From a virus, in IMG/VR virus record IMGVR_UViG_3300045988_147738, positions 38,432-102,431 of that record: a stretch of DNA of 64,000 nucleotides; one strand, given 5' to 3'. The position numbers and the translations under genes are program-made. Shown here piece after piece: positions 14,797-29,900 of the stretch (position 1 is the first letter of the stretch; each line of letters opens with the position of its first letter). Under the pieces are notes generated by a model. That model was not told where the DNA came from. It did not search any database and saw nothing but the letters and a program-made list of their open reading frames with translations.

Positions 14797-17564
14797 AAAA
14801 TAATCCATTGTTAGATACAAATTTTTTAAAACAGTTAGATTTAGAAAATTAGAAAGAAATATTTATTAAAATTATTAGTCTAAATCAAAATGAAGAACCT
14901 ATTGAAAGTATTGAAGGCCGTGCAACAGGAGGATCCATTAATATTGATGGATCCTCCGCAGTTAGACGAACTTGTTCAATTTCATTGGTTGCTGAAGGAG
15001 TTAATATTACTGATGTATATTGGGGATTAACTACTAAATTTTCATTACAAATTGGATTAAGCAATAATATTAATAAAGAATATGAAAAAATTATTTGGTT
15101 CCCACAAGGTATTTATCTAATTACATCATTTAAAACAGATGTCACTACTAATGGATATAAAATTTCTATTTCAGGTAAAGATAAAATTTGTTTATTAAAT
15201 GGTGAAATTAGTGGTAATTTTCCTAATCCAATTGATTTTGCTATTGAATTAGTAGAATATAATTCTAAAACATTAACAGTTGATGCTATGATTACTAAAT
15301 ATAATTTAGTAGAAAATTTACATTGGAAAGAAAATGAAGGAAAACGATATTTAACTACATTAGGTATTTCTTATATAAATGAACTTACTAATGAAGAATC
15401 TGTTGCAGAAATAATTGATGTAAAAGTTGGAAATAAAGTTAGTAAATATAAAAAAGTAAAAAAATCAATTGGATATATTATTAGAGAAATGATTCATCAT
15501 TATGGAAATGAACCATTCCATAATATTTTAATTAAAGATGTAGATAATAAAGGTTTAGAATTATTAAAATATTCAGAGGGTGATTTTTATGCATTTTTAG
15601 ATAAAACTGGAAAATATACTCATCTAGAATTTATTGATACATTAACTAGATATAAAGCTGATACAAATGTTCCAATTAAATTGAGCGATTTAACTGATGG
15701 AGATTTTTCTACCCCTGATAATCTACGGACAAAAATAAAAAATAATATTAGTGATACTGATTATTATTATGTGAATAAAATTAATGGCACTGACGCTGCG
15801 GGTTATCGTTCAGTCGAATTATATTGGCCTTCTAATGATGGTTTAGTTGTAAATGCAGGCGATACAATTACTTCTGTATTAGATAAAATTTGTTCAACGT
15901 TTGGTGAATATGAATATTTTTATAATGTATAGGGATAGTTTGTTTTTTAGAAAAAATAGACTTATATAAATTAGTCTTGGGATAATATTGTAAAGACAGA
16001 AAATAGTGCAAATCCAGATTTAGATTAGGATATTGATAATATTTATAAAGAAATTAAAGGAGAATATAAATATAGTCAATTATATGAAGAAGCCGCGATG
16101 CTAGCCTCTAAAAGTATTTATAATTTTTCTAATAATATTTTAATTTCATCATTTTAGAATACGCCTGATTTTTCTAAAATTAAAAATAATTTTACTATTT
16201 GGGGTAAACGTAAACCAGCATCGACTAACAGCGAAGGTACACCAATTCGTTTGCGTTACGCGATTGATGAAAAGCCTAAGACTTATACCACTTTTGAAGG
16301 AAAAACTTATCGCACTTATGACCCTTTAGAAACGGGTGAATTTGTTAAAACTCCGAATCCACCAGATACATTGCTTGGAGAGCCTCTTGATGAAAATTGG
16401 TGGGATGTGAAAGATTGGGCGGAATTATATCGAATGTTTATTGGAGAATATCCAAATCGAATGTTAAGTGCCTATTATTCAGACAAAGATGGTGTTTTTA
16501 TTGATTTAAATTCATTATATAAATCAGCCACAAATGAAGAATTAATGCAAAAAGTCTATGGTCGTTCTATTGGAAATTATTTTGGCAGATGGATAAATAA
16601 TTGGCAAGATGAAAAATTATATATTTTTGATTTATTACCTGATAATACTATTGGTTATGTAGGACATGGTTCTTATTGCACTCACTATTGGGATGAATGG
16701 TTTGATCCTTTATACCAAAAGGGTGGTAAAGCATATGTATATAAACCATTAATGCCAGGACAAGATAAAAATACAGTATATTATGCTAAATAGAATTGGC
16801 GAGAGCTAATTTATCAAATGGCATTAGATTATCAATTATATGGCCATAATGATAATTATGCAGTAAAATTAGCTTAGTTAAATCCAGAATATCCTAATGG
16901 CAGAACAGGTTATGAAAGTTATTATGCAGATTTTTTAGCTGAAGACGGATGGCGTAGTATATATAATCCAAAGTCAGAAGATTCTAAAAATTTTTTTGTA
17001 GGGAATATGTTGACTGATAAAGAAAAAGTTTATTATGGCTGGAATAGAAATGTTATAAATGATCCAACTCTTTTAAATTTTTGGATTGATTTTGTCGAAG
17101 ATAGTGAAAGTACTATAGGTAAATATTCTGTTCGAGCAATTGGAGATAGGCCGAAAATTGTTAATAATGATGCTATTAGAGCTATTATTTATAGAGATAT
17201 TCCTAATATAATTTATATTACTCCAGAAAAGTATGAACTGCAAAAATAGTAGAATTTATTACAAGATGGATATGATTATTTACCTTTACCAAATATTTAT
17301 GAGAGTAAATTTTCAATTACTACCAAAGGTAAAAGTGCTTATTCTGAACTTAATGATTTATTATATTAGTATGCTTATATGAATGAAAAAATTAATATAA
17401 AAACTATTCCAATATATTATTTAGAGCCAAATAATATTATTACAGTCGATGATAATAATAGTAATATTCATGGAGAATATGTCATTAATAAAATATCATT
17501 ATAGCTAGCGCATAATGGTATAATGACAATTACAGCGACAAAAGCGCCTCCAAGATTATTATAA
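14793..17564 (+). CDS. Tail or baseplate structural protein, 923 aa. Its start overlaps the previous stop (ATGA).
   Basis: ATG at 14793 overlaps the TGA of the upstream gene. Frame 0 is open through fragments 14985, 16251 and 17007 to the TAA at 17562-17564. The N-terminus reads MKNNPLLDTNFLKQLDLENQKEI. Placement suggests baseplate or tail-associated, but this is only positional. Confidence 0.55.
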
Positions 17565-17580
17565 GAGAGGAGAAGGAGTC

Positions 17581-17925
17581 GTGGCAAAAAAAATTATTTA
17601 GTTTAGATATTTTGGCGAATTAAATGAAAAAAACTATCCACCTACAATTACTAAGACTAAATTAATGTCTGGAGTTGTATTTGATGGATATACTCCAATT
17701 ATTAGATTAGGTATTCAAGCGCTTCCTGGTACTAAATTTAGATTAAATGCAAATCAAGATTATATTATGATTGGTAGTATTGGTTTATATGAATTAGATA
17801 TGACTCAAGGGTCAGGTTCAGTGACTTCTATTAATTTTGATGAAATGTCATTAACTAATATAGATGAGAATGAAGATGCTTATTTGTTGGTTGATATATT
17901 ATATGAATAGGAGGGATCTAAATGA
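17581..17925 (+). CDS. Small structural-module protein, about 114 aa. Start is GTG at 17581, or ATG at 17665.
   Basis: A tandem GAGAGGAGAAGGAG RBS precedes the GTG. The frame 1 ORF reads through TAGs to the TGA at 17923-17925, overlapping the next ATG. Confidence 0.4.
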
Positions 17926-20900
17926 GTTCTTTCTATGGAGACATTAAAGTAAATCCATAGATTTCATTAGTGTTTGATAAAACTTATCCTAATAGAAAAG
18001 CTATGGAAGAGGCTATTTAGAAGAATAATTTAGATGGTTCTTCTACTGGTAATATAAATGGCGATGGTGTTTATAATACTAGATACGTTTTTATTAATTA
18101 TGGTGAACGTAGATATTCATCTTACCATTTAGCAGAAATTTAGTCTTCTTGGTATACTGTGGAAAATGGTAAAAAATATTTTAAATCAATTTCTGAACGT
18201 CCTAGATTATTTATTTATCAAATAGGGACAAACACTTTAACAACTAATAAATCATTGAATGTAGATCTTAAAACTCGACCCTATGGTATATATAAAGAAA
18301 TTGATAGTGGCATAGTTGAATACGAACCAAATAATAGATATTATATCGCCACTGATAAGCTTGTTGGAGGTAATATAATATCTCCTGATGGTATTGATGA
18401 AAATTGCGAATATGCAATTAATAGAGAGATTGATGAAAATGAATATCAAAGTAGCTATGACCATACTGTTTGGCAAAAAATTTGGTGTTCTGTTGGAACA
18501 AGCTCTACAATTACTGAAAAATATATTATGGTAGCCAGCCTTGATGCTAAGGCCCCTAGATTTGAAGTAATTATTGATGCTCCAGCTAGTGATGATGGAT
18601 ATGAAGTAATAAATCATATTCAGAGTGATGGAACTCGAATTCCAATTACACCACTTGGAATATATTATACTCTAAATACAAAAACTAATAAATATGAATC
18701 ATTAGATTTAAATTGTATTAATTAGTGGAATAAAGGAATTGAGAAAGAAAAAATAGATTTTCCTGCTAATTCAGATAAAAATATTTATCAAGGAGAAGCA
18801 TCATTCTAGTATAAAGAAATTTTAAGTGATATTATAGAATATGTTCCATTACAAAAAAATGGAAATCAAATCATTACTGGCAAAGAAATGTTAGATATTT
18901 ATTTAAATTCTGTTGGTAATATTTATAAAAAAATAGAAAGAAATAATGTTATTACTTATACCCCTGTGCCTGTTGGTTCAAAATTTGAAGAAACAGATAG
19001 TGATAATTCTGTTGTCCGGTATTGTCATAAAACTACTAAAGATCCAGGGTATATTTCTGAAGATTTATTTGCTAGATTATTTAATACATCTTAGTCATTA
19101 TATTATTATGATACACAAACTGATGCTATAGTTTAGGTTAAATCAATAGATGAATATGATTCTGATACAAAATATTATAGAAAAGTAAGCCTTAAACATG
19201 GGCCTCATATTGATCCATTAAGAAGTACAGATTTAAATTATAAGTTACACATTCCTCGCAATTGGAAATTTAATCCAATTCCAGAATTTAAATATAATAA
19301 AAAAGGATTCTCTCCTACCGAATAGCATGAAACGAATGGAGAAAATCAAATTCATTTATAGAAAACAAGTTCTAATTCATTATACCCAGTTCATATGGAT
19401 GAATTTGGTCGTAAGTTATATACTAAAAATACAGAGTCTGGAACAATAAAAGGCGAAATTGCCACTGAAGTTAATATTCCAGAAGCTGGATATTATATTA
19501 ATAATGAATTACAATATGCAGAACAATTAGACCAATAGACATTTTATATTGATTTACCTGAATTAGGTAATATGGCATCTCAAATATGGGATATTGTTTA
19601 TCCAAGAGGTAAATTTATTAAATATCCGATAAAAGGCTCAATTACTTATGATGATAAAGAATATACCGCAGGACATTTATATTATAAAGAAGATGAAACT
19701 AAAGAACAATATACATTAATCGGCAAAAATGAGCCTTTAGATAGTAGATAGACTTATTATATTTTTGTCAGAGAAAATGAAGATGGCACTCCAGTAAAAA
19801 CTCGTTATATGTTTATTGGCAATGACCGCGATCCAAAAAGTACTGCAAAATATCCTGAAGCTTATCCAGAAGGCTATCCTAAAACTTTTGGAGAAGCAAT
19901 AAGATATATATACAGATTATTAGGGTTGGAATCTGATAATGATTATTTAGATAATTTTTCTGAAAATACCATTTGGGGAATGTGGAATGGTTTAAGAGAT
20001 TTATTAGGTAATTATAAAGATATTTATGATACAGATAATTTTATACCAATAAAATCTCACCCAAGCACTGTATCTGGTTTTCCTAGCCGGCCAGTTTTTA
20101 GTTATGGTAATGCTAGAGACTTAGTGTTTGGATATTTAAGTGGAGATTGGTTTAAAAAATTAAATAATGCTGCATTTGGGCCATTATATGAAATTTGTTC
20201 AACTAAAGACTATATTATTCAAATATAGGCAAATACTGAAATAGAACCAAATTCTAGTTATCGGTATTATATTTATGATTCAAATACTAATAGTTATATT
20301 TTAGCTGGTTCAGAAGGCATAATAAATGAGTTTGAGCCAGGACAAACTTATTATTATCGAGTTAATCGTAAATGTACAAATTGGATAATAGTTGATAAAT
20401 CACAAGGAGTTAAAAAAGGATTATAGTATTATTTACAAATTAAAAATAATATCTATGAACGAATTAATGATTCATTTGAACAATTTAATCCAGAGTTAGA
20501 ATATTATATTCCATAGATTGAATATAAAAAAGCGGAAATATTTAATTCTACTACTCAATACTATCGAAATATGAATAGTTTATGGGCATTATTAAATGAA
20601 TTCCAAAAAAATCGTGATGAATATCAAGCAGATTGGATTAAAGATAATCCAGGTTCTCCTACTCATATAGTAAATCGGCCAAAAATTATTTTTAGTGATT
20701 TAGATTGGACAGATAAATATGGAGATTATGATAATAAATTAGATTTTGTCTATGAAATCATTGAAGATATTAATTCAGATGAAAGTTTAGCTGAATATTT
20801 AACCGATGAAAAATTTAAAGAGATTGGAAATATTTATTATCAAGAGCAGATAAAAATTGGTGAGACTATAAAAACTGTATATATTAAAGTATCTAAAGAT

Positions 20901-21134
20901 AGTAAATACAATAATAAATATACATATTTTAAAATTACTAAACCAATTGATGTTAATTTAAGTGACTATTCTATTGGAACAAGATGGTCTGGAATAAAAG
21001 TAAATCGGTAGAATACTGGAAAAATAGTTAATTATAATCCTAATTCTGGCACAACTGATACTCAAACTATTACTTTAGAAGAATTAACTCCAAAGAGATT
21101 GGCAGAATTAATTAATATTGTAGAATCTGAATAA
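17922..21134 (+). CDS. Large structural protein, 1070 aa
   Basis: AGGAGGG RBS, then ATG at 17922 in an ATGA overlap. Frame 0 was hand-verified through fragments 18159, 18888, 19809 and 20571 to the TAA at 21132-21134. It contains many in-frame TAGs. Confidence 0.6.
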
Positions 21135-21141
21135 ATAATTA

Positions 21142-21180
21142 TGCTGGTCCATAATAGATAATTATGGACTAGCATTTTTC
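21142..21180 (+). terminator. Rho-independent terminator
   Basis: Inverted repeat TGCTGGTCCATAAT / ATTATGGACTAGCA with a short loop, then TTTTTC. Confidence 0.65.
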
Positions 21181-21250
21181 ATATTTTAGCGATAAGGAAA
21201 AAGATTTTCTTTATAATTATAAATAAATAATTAAAAGAAAGGAGAAAATT

Positions 21251-22162
21251 ATGCCAAATATTAATTATGTTAAGTTTTAGCGTGGTACATTAAAAGCTTA
21301 TAATTCACAAGTTAATAGAAACTTGATTGATAATAATACTTTATATTTTGTTTATGAATCTGCCGCGGCAACTTCTGGTCAATTATATTTAGGTAAAAAA
21401 TTAATTAGCGGAGTTGGCACTGGAACTTCTGTTACTAAATTATCTGAATTAAAAGATGTTATAGCTACTACTGCTGAAAATGGTTCATTTTTAGTATGTA
21501 ATGCAGAAGGTAAGTGGGAAGCAACTACATTAAATGATGTTGCCTCTTTAATCGCTAATCAATTACAAATTAATGTAAATACTAATACATTTGAATTTGT
21601 TGAAGTAAGTGGTTAGAACCCTGAATTAAATTTATTAGGATTTAATTCTGCTACACAGGGTTCTTATGTTAAAGTAGGCGATGATGGAAAGCTTAAATGG
21701 ATAAAACCAGATAAAGATTTTGATGTTATTGCTTAGGAAGTTGGTAATTTACAAACCACTATTGCAGGTTTAGATACTGTAATTGCTAATAAAATTGCTC
21801 AAGCTAATCACTTAACTTATAAAAAAGTTTCTAGTTTAGATGAAATTAAAGAAGCTAATACCATTTATTTAGTTCCAAAAGAAGGTTCAGAAAATGATGC
21901 ATATACTGAGTATATGTTTATTGATTCTAAAGTTGAACATTTAGGAACATTTAATAATGGTGATTTAAGCGGTTATGTTACTACTGAGTAGTTGCAAGCT
22001 GTTGATGGAAAATTTTAGAATTATGTTACAAAAACTGTATTTAATACAACAGTTGGTAATTTAGATGAATTAAATGATTACACTGAAGGTACTACTATTG
22101 TAAATGAAATTAATAACATTTATGATAGATTAGTATGGAAAGAAATTGAAACAGTTAGTTGA
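21251..22162 (+). CDS. Fibre-like structural protein, 303 aa. It shares an N-terminal module with three downstream genes.
   Basis: AAAGGAG RBS. The frame 2 ORF ends in TGA at 22160-22162. The N-terminus MPNINYVKFQRGTLKAYNSQ...TLYFVYESAAATSGQLYLG is paralogous to the N-termini of the genes at 22190, 23991 and 40970. Confidence 0.6.
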
Positions 22163-22189
22163 TAAAATTTTTTAGGGAGGTCTATTATA

Positions 22190-23848
22190 ATGGCTTTAAA
22201 TGATAAAGTAATGTTTAAACTTGGTACTCAAGCCAAGATTGACCAAATGATAACTAGTAAAACTGGTTATAGTGTTGGTACATTTTATTTAACTAAAGAC
22301 AGTGACCGTCTATATGTTGGTCAAGCTACTGGTCTAAAGTTATTAAATAAAAGTGTTCAAGTTGTTGAGACTGAAGCTGGTTTAGAATCATTAACTGCTA
22401 GTTGGGGTACTGACGCACTATCCCATAAAGATGATCTTGCTTATATCTCTGGTAAAAATATTTTTGCCTATTTTAATGGTACTGGTTGGACTCAAATTAA
22501 TCCTGACCATAATGATCAATTACAGTCAGTTCTTGTTAATGTAGAAGACGCTACCAAAGGCGCAAAAGTAACAACTGAAGTTACAGTTGGTAGTATTGTT
22601 AAATCTGATGCTTTTACTGTTACTGGCGCTAATGGAGCAAAAGTTGAAAGAGTCGATGGTAATAATATTAAAGTAACTGGTGATACTTATACTATGGCAG
22701 TCAATGCTGATAAAACTAATGATGTTGACATTGACTTAACAAGTTCATTAGGACAAACACCCAGTAAAGTACACTTAGTTGGTGGTAATAATGTTACCGT
22801 AAGCAAAGGAACTACTGACAATACTATTAATATTGCTGCTACAGATACTACTCTATCTGAAGGAGTAAGTTCCATTGATAATACCGGTAAATTAACTATT
22901 GAGTTCTCTGATACGGCTGGAAATAATCCTTCTACTAATGTAACTCTTGGAGCTTATTTAGATGACGGATTCCATGCTATTGGTGGTAATACTAATGAAA
23001 CTAAATCTCAATGGCCTGTATATACCAAGAGTCAAGTTGATGATAAATTTAAGACTCTAAATCCTATGCGCTATAGAGGCACATTAGGCTCTTCTGGTCA
23101 GCATAATATTACTACTGATTTTAATTTAGTTGATGGTTTAACTGATGTTAGCTCTGGTGATATGTTCTTAGTTAGCGGTTCTGCTAAATATGGAACAGAC
23201 AAAACAGCAAAGTCTGGCGATATTTTAATTGCTAGCGGCACAGAAAATAATGATGGTGTATTTGACGCTACTCATCCAATTACCTGGAATTTTATTCCTT
23301 CTGGCGATGAATAGGCACTAGATACTCAGTATATATTTACCGTTGATAAGAGCACCAATACTATGACTATTTATAGTAACTTAAATGGTGCTGAGAATAG
23401 TGTCGGTAAGATTCAATTATTAGCAGGTTCTGATATTACACTATCTACTACTACCAATGATACTCCTACTGGTGGCGGGGATAAAAATCAACTCTTAACT
23501 ACTATTGCTCACGCTGCTCTATTTGATGCAGCTAAGAATATTAGTAAGAGTACTGCTAATTTAACCCAAGCTAATAATACTTTTAATGCTATTAAAAATA
23601 TTACTGTTAATAAAAATGGACATGTTACTGCCATTGAGACTGAGACTGTAAATCCAATTACTTATACACCTGGCCCTGGAGCTGTTGATGCTATTGACAA
23701 AGGGGTTAAATTTAGTTATAGTCTTAACGCTGGCGATGAGGCAGTGACTGATGACAATGCTTACTTCAATTTAACTTCAACAACTCTATCTGTTACTGCC
23801 GCAAGTTCTGCAACAGCATCTGTTGAATTACTATGGGGCGAGTTTTAA
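22190..23848 (+). CDS. Abundant-looking structural protein, 552 aa (fibre, spike or major structural candidate). It has only one TAG codon.
   Basis: Strong GGGAGG RBS. Frame 2 is open from 22190 to the TAA at 23846-23848, with a single TAG at 23312. The N-terminus MALNDKVMFKLGTQAKIDQM...GTFYLTKDSDRLYVGQ carries the shared module. The protein is rich in T/S/G/N/V/D, suggesting beta structure. A terminator follows. Confidence 0.65.
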
Positions 23849-23908
23849 TTTAAGGACAATCTATAATAATTATATTCGTGGTTTTTTTAAAAATCAACGA
23901 AGGAATTT

Positions 23909-23942
23909 GGGAGAGGAAAAATTCCTCTCCCATTTTTTTTAT
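23909..23942 (+). terminator. Rho-independent terminator
   Basis: Stem GGGAGAGGAA, loop AAA, stem TTCCTCTCCC, followed by a T9 run. Confidence 0.7.
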
Positions 23943-23990
23943 ATATAATTTTGTTTTATATAAAATTTAAGATAGAAAGGAGATACTTGC

Positions 23991-26900
23991 ATGAGCAATA
24001 AACGATTCATCCCTGTTCGTGGTACTGAAGCTAAATTAGATTTAATGGGTTTTAATGATGGGTATGTTTATTTTGCAGTTGATACTGGTAAAATTTTCAT
24101 AGACTATACTCAAGCTGATGGTACAATGGTATCACGAAAGCTTTTAGGAAGCGGTAGTGGTGGTGGCTCAGGAAGTAATTCTGGTATTTATTATGCCAAT
24201 TATACTCCGACTGATGCTGAAAAATTAGAAGATGAAATCAATATTCCAATCGGAGCTATTGAAGGTGGAGAGTACCCTGAAGAAGATGATTTAATTATCA
24301 ATTTAGGTAATAATTGTTTTTATCGTGTAATAAAAGTTCAGCGAGCATTTCAAAATGTGCTATGTCGTCGTTTAACTGTTGCTGGTGGAGGCGGAGGAGA
24401 TGACCCTAGTTCATTGGCTTCTGACATTGAATTAACTGTAGACTCATTACCTACTGTTAACTTAATTAATGGACGCTCTCAAGAAATAACATTTGTTGCC
24501 ACATCAGCTAAAAATAAAAAGGGTAATTCTTATGACTCTATTCTAACAATTAATTGGAAGTTAGAATATACTGATGATGGCACCAATTATAATCAATATA
24601 ATTCAGGAACATTCCAAGTGCCTGATGGTGAGAAATATGCTTTTGAATTTGGTAAATTGGCCAAAGATGATGCTTCTTCAAGATTAGTATTAGTGGCTAG
24701 CCAAACCAATCATCCAAGCACAGTTACTCGTTTGATAACATTTAAAACTTCTAAGTTAGAATTACAAGAATCAAGTAGTTTTTCTAATTTAAGTTATTTC
24801 GAACCTAGTAAATTAGTATTACAATGTAATGTTAATGGTGCTATGGATAAAATTGTTGAATATTATTTTGACAATGAAGATGAACCATTTTTAAGTGTGC
24901 CCTTAGCCGCCAATTCGGCTACATTATAGACTGTTAATGTTTCACAATATACCCCTGTAGTTAATGGTTACCATAAAGTTTGGATTCGTTTATTCCAATC
25001 GATTAATGGCAAAAAAGGAATCGAAGTTAATCCTTTAATTTTTGAAGTAGCTGTTTATGATGGCCTAGACCCTCAAGCTCCTCCAATTATTTGGTTAGGA
25101 GACTATAAAGATGAATATTATAATTATGACACTATTCAAATTCCTTTCCGTGTTTTTGACCCATAGGCTGAAAACCCAGTAGTGCATTTTAAACGTAATA
25201 ATATTGAACTTTCTTATTCTCCTCAAACAATTACAGATTCTAAGAAATTTGCTATTTTTGAAATTGCTAATCCTGAATTAAATGTAATTAATCACTACAC
25301 TATTACTTGTGGTGATGGAGCTCGTGAGACTACTCGTAAAATTGAAATTCGTGTTGTAAATGACCCGACAAGAATAGACTTTGGTATTTAGAAGCAAGGC
25401 TTCTTAACTTATTTATTAAACACAGTAGGTAGTGGACGTTCTAATTCTGAAACGTTGGCTAAACGCACTACTTTAGTAAATTCTTCTACAGCTCTAGGGG
25501 CTGAACCTTGTGCGGCGACGTTTACTAATTTTAATTGGTATAATAATGGTTGGACTACGGATGAAGATAATAAAACTTGTTTACGTATTAGTAATGGTGC
25601 TAAATTATCTATTCCTATTGGTCGCACTGTATTTTCAAATCCTAGTGGCTCTCAAGCTACTGAGCAGTCTCATAGTATTGAATTAACTTTCAAAATTCGT
25701 AATGTTTAGGATTATTCAAATTTAATTCGTACTATTACTCGTTATAAAAATGATGAAAAATTATATAAAGCATTTTATGATGAAGAAACTGGTAAATTTA
25801 ATACTACATACACCAACTATGATGCATTTTTAGCTTGGTATTTAAAAACTTATGAAGTTGAATTTGTTGATAAAAAAGGTAATAAGCGTAGAATGGAATA
25901 TGATGACTTAGAGTTCAGTCATATTGCCAAGCAAATTAATTTAAGTAATGTTATAGGTAGTTACTCTTCTGGTAATACTAAAGCCGTTACTGGTTTATGC
26001 TTAGGACCATAGGATGCGTTTTTCTCTAATGGTACTGATACCGTAAACGTATCTTATGTAGAAAATAAAATTATTACTTTATCTGTTGTATGTAAATATA
26101 GTAAAGAAAAAATTCAAAATTTAATTTATATTTATTTAAATGGTGTACTAACTAGTGTTGTTAGAAACACTCAAGAAAATGGATTTGTTGTAGAAAATGA
26201 TAAAATTGAATTTAACAGTGATTATTGTGATATTGATTTATATAAGGTCCGAGTATATCGCACTGATTTAAACGTTAATGATATTGTCATGAATTATGCT
26301 GCAGATTTTGAGAATGTAAATATTTACGATCAAAATAAATTAGCAGAAGAAAATACTGCTATTGATGAATTCCAGTTTAGCTATACTAATATGATAAAGT
26401 ATAATAATGAACACCCTGATGCCCCATTAATGCCTTATATTATTTTTGATACTACTAAATTAGAAGATAGTGAAAATAAACTTCCTTATTCTAAAAAGGT
26501 TAAATTAAACGTTGGAGTTGAATTTGTTAACACTCCACTTGAAATGTATTATAATAAAGGTAAATTGGAAGAATTGGCTAAGGCTGATAAATTATTTGGT
26601 GATGGTGCGACAGCAGCTGAAAAACAAAAAGCTGTTGAAACTTATTATAAATATCATTGTCCTTCATTTATTAGTGATAGCGCATCAATGAGCGTCCAAG
26701 GAACTTCATCTGAATTCTATCCTCGTAGAAATTATAAAGTTAAAACTAAAAATAACGATGCGGTTGATGGCGAAAAGCGCGTTAATATTTTCTTAAACCG
26801 CGGTCCATTCAGAGAATAGTATAATGCTGATGTATTAGGTTCTACTCAGAAACCTTATATTTTAAGTACAACATTGGGGCCTCTAGTTGATTCTGCTACT

Positions 26901-29900
26901 GGTCAATTAAAAATTAAATATTATGAAGATGAAAATGGTGAAAAGGAAGTTACATTTAGTGAGACTAATCCTTATAAACCTAATACTTTTTATATTGAAA
27001 ATACTGCTTACGTAAAACGTGGCAATGAAAAAACTCGTCAAAAATATTGGTATTTTAATAATTATACTTGCGGAACTCATAAATTTACTATGAAGATTGA
27101 CTACATGGAATCTTCTGGAACTTATAATATGGGATTTGCAAATATGGTTAAAAATGCTTATTCTAAACATCCATTAGACGATTATAATAATGCAAAAGCA
27201 TTTTAGGTTTTAGACCCTGACAAAACTGTTGAGACTGAAACAACTGAGTATGTTCCTGGAACTACTTATACTTATTATAATCATAAGGGTAATCCGAAAA
27301 CAGCAAGTAATGAAGTCTTAGAAGATAATATTGTGATTACCAGCAAAGAAGATTTTGATTTAGGTCCATACGCATTATATCAAAAATTAATGGCTGAAAA
27401 TCCAACTGTTTATTCAAAATTAAAAGTAGCTGATTCAAGTAATCCTAAATATAATAAATGGTATATTATGAAACCTGGATACAGCGATTTTAAGGTTGAA
27501 AATACTGATGATTATCGTACTTCTGTACGAGGGTTCCGTGTACTTGCATTCCATAAAAAGAAACCAGTCGATGGTAGCACAGAGCCTATTTATCAATTTA
27601 TTGGTATATACAATATGCTTTTAGATAAAGGTTCTGATGAAGTATATGGATTCGCACTTGACAGCACTACTGGTAAAGATCCAAAAGCTAAATTTATAGG
27701 CGATGGTACTAAGAGTATGCCTAAAGTAGCAGAATGTTGGGAGTTTGAAAACAATAGCCGCACCTTCTGCTCATATCGTGACCCACAAGACCGCAAAGAT
27801 TTGAAATTTGATGTATTTAATGCTGATGGTTCTCGTGTATTAAATGCAGTTCAATCTGCCCCTGTGGTAGCAGACTCATTTGAATATCGTTATCATAATG
27901 ACGAAGATATTCTTGATTATATTATGGCTCCTGATGGAGAATGTAAAAAAGACCCAACATTAACATTCTCTAAGGATGATATTACATTAAATCAAGAAAA
28001 TCGCGCTCAGCATTTATTGAAAGATTATTCTAATTGGGAACGCGCTGTAGCTTGGGTTTGGAGTACTTGTACTGAAAAAGTTGTATCAAATGGTACTTAT
28101 AAAATTTGTGATGTTGGTGAAGAGTTATTTGATAGTAATAAACATTATATTATGACAACTAATCCATTAACTTCTGAATAGATTTATACCTTAGCTGAAG
28201 AATATATAGAAGGCACTACTTATTATAAAAAGAATCCTGACTATAATCCTAATCAAGAAAATAGTCATGAATATATTGTTGCTTATGTTGGAACAGTATT
28301 ATTTAGTGCTATTAAAACTAAATTATATACTGGTGAAATTGATAAAAATAATAATATTACTTATGTTCCTTGTTATAGTACTGATACATTTAACCCCGAT
28401 AAACGTTATTATACTTTGGAATCTTATAGCGATGAAGAGTTAGATACAAAGGCTGATAGATTAGTTGTTTTATGTAAAGATGAAACATTTGATGCAAGTA
28501 AAACATATTATAATTATGATGGAAATGCTAAATGCGGTAAAGCAGTGACTAAAGCTACTGTAACTGCTGAAACTTATGAGCCAAATAAATATTATATTGG
28601 AACCACTATTATTTATGGTGACCGCTCTTATAAATATGATACACAAGAGTATCGTGGTGATAAATTTACTTATGAATTAAGTGACCACTTCGATAAAGAA
28701 TATATGGCTACATATTTTGTTATGACAGAAATTTTTGAATGTTATGACTCTCGTGGTAAAAACTGCATGATGGCTTCTTGGGGTCCTCAAAAGAAAGGCG
28801 GAGACTATATTTGGTATCCAATTTTCTATGATATTGATACTCAATTAGGTATTAATAATACTGGTATCCCTTCATTTGAATATAATGTTGATGCTACTGA
28901 AGATGGTAACTATTCTACTTCTGATAGTGTTTTATGGAATAACTTCTATAAATATTTTAAAACTGGTTTAATTATCCCTAAATATAGACATTTACGTGGT
29001 ATTACTACTGATGTATTTGATTCTAATTTAAAACAACCACCTTTAAAAACTGTTGATCGTATTGAGTCATATTATTTAACTGATTATAATATAACAAATA
29101 ACTTAGCTGACTTGGGCACACGTCCATTAGTAGCAGTTAATTTAGATGAATATTATAAATATATCACTATTACGAATGATGCTTCTTACTTAGATGGTAC
29201 TACTGGACATATTAGTAGTGATACAACTGGTGTATATACTGTTGATACTAATGGTACTTATTTCTATGCTTTACAAGGAAATAGAAGTCTATCTCGTCAA
29301 CAGTTCCTATCTAACCGTTTAGAGTATATTGACTCTTGGTTAAATGAAGGTAACTATCAACGTGGTGGTGCAAACCGCATTCGTGGTCGTGTTGCTGCGA
29401 ACAATAAAAATAAAACTTCAGATAAATGGATTGAAACTGCTAGCGAGCCTTATTTCAAAGATGAAAGCACTTTAACTAAAAATCATTTATTTGATGCTGA
29501 ATATTGGATGACATTAACTCCAGCCCACTCTTCTTATGTTACTCTTGGTGATGACAATGAAGCCTATCCTTCTCGTAAATATGATGGTGTTCATGCACTA
29601 AGATTTAATATTGATTCTATTGAAAATGGTGTCCGTAAGAGTGAAAATTATCCTGAACAATTACTATATGTTTATGGTATTAATCAAATGAAAGACCTTG
29701 GCGATATGAGTAATCTATATTGGCAAGAGTTTGAAATTTCTGGTGATGCTACTAAATTAACTAGTTTGAAATTAGGATATGATGGTTTGGATGAAAATGG
29801 AGAGCGTTGGCATAATGACAATGTTAACCAATTCAGTATTCCTGCCAGCTCTTCTGATAGTAAAGGCATGCCCTTATTAAAAGAAGTAAATATGAGTAAT

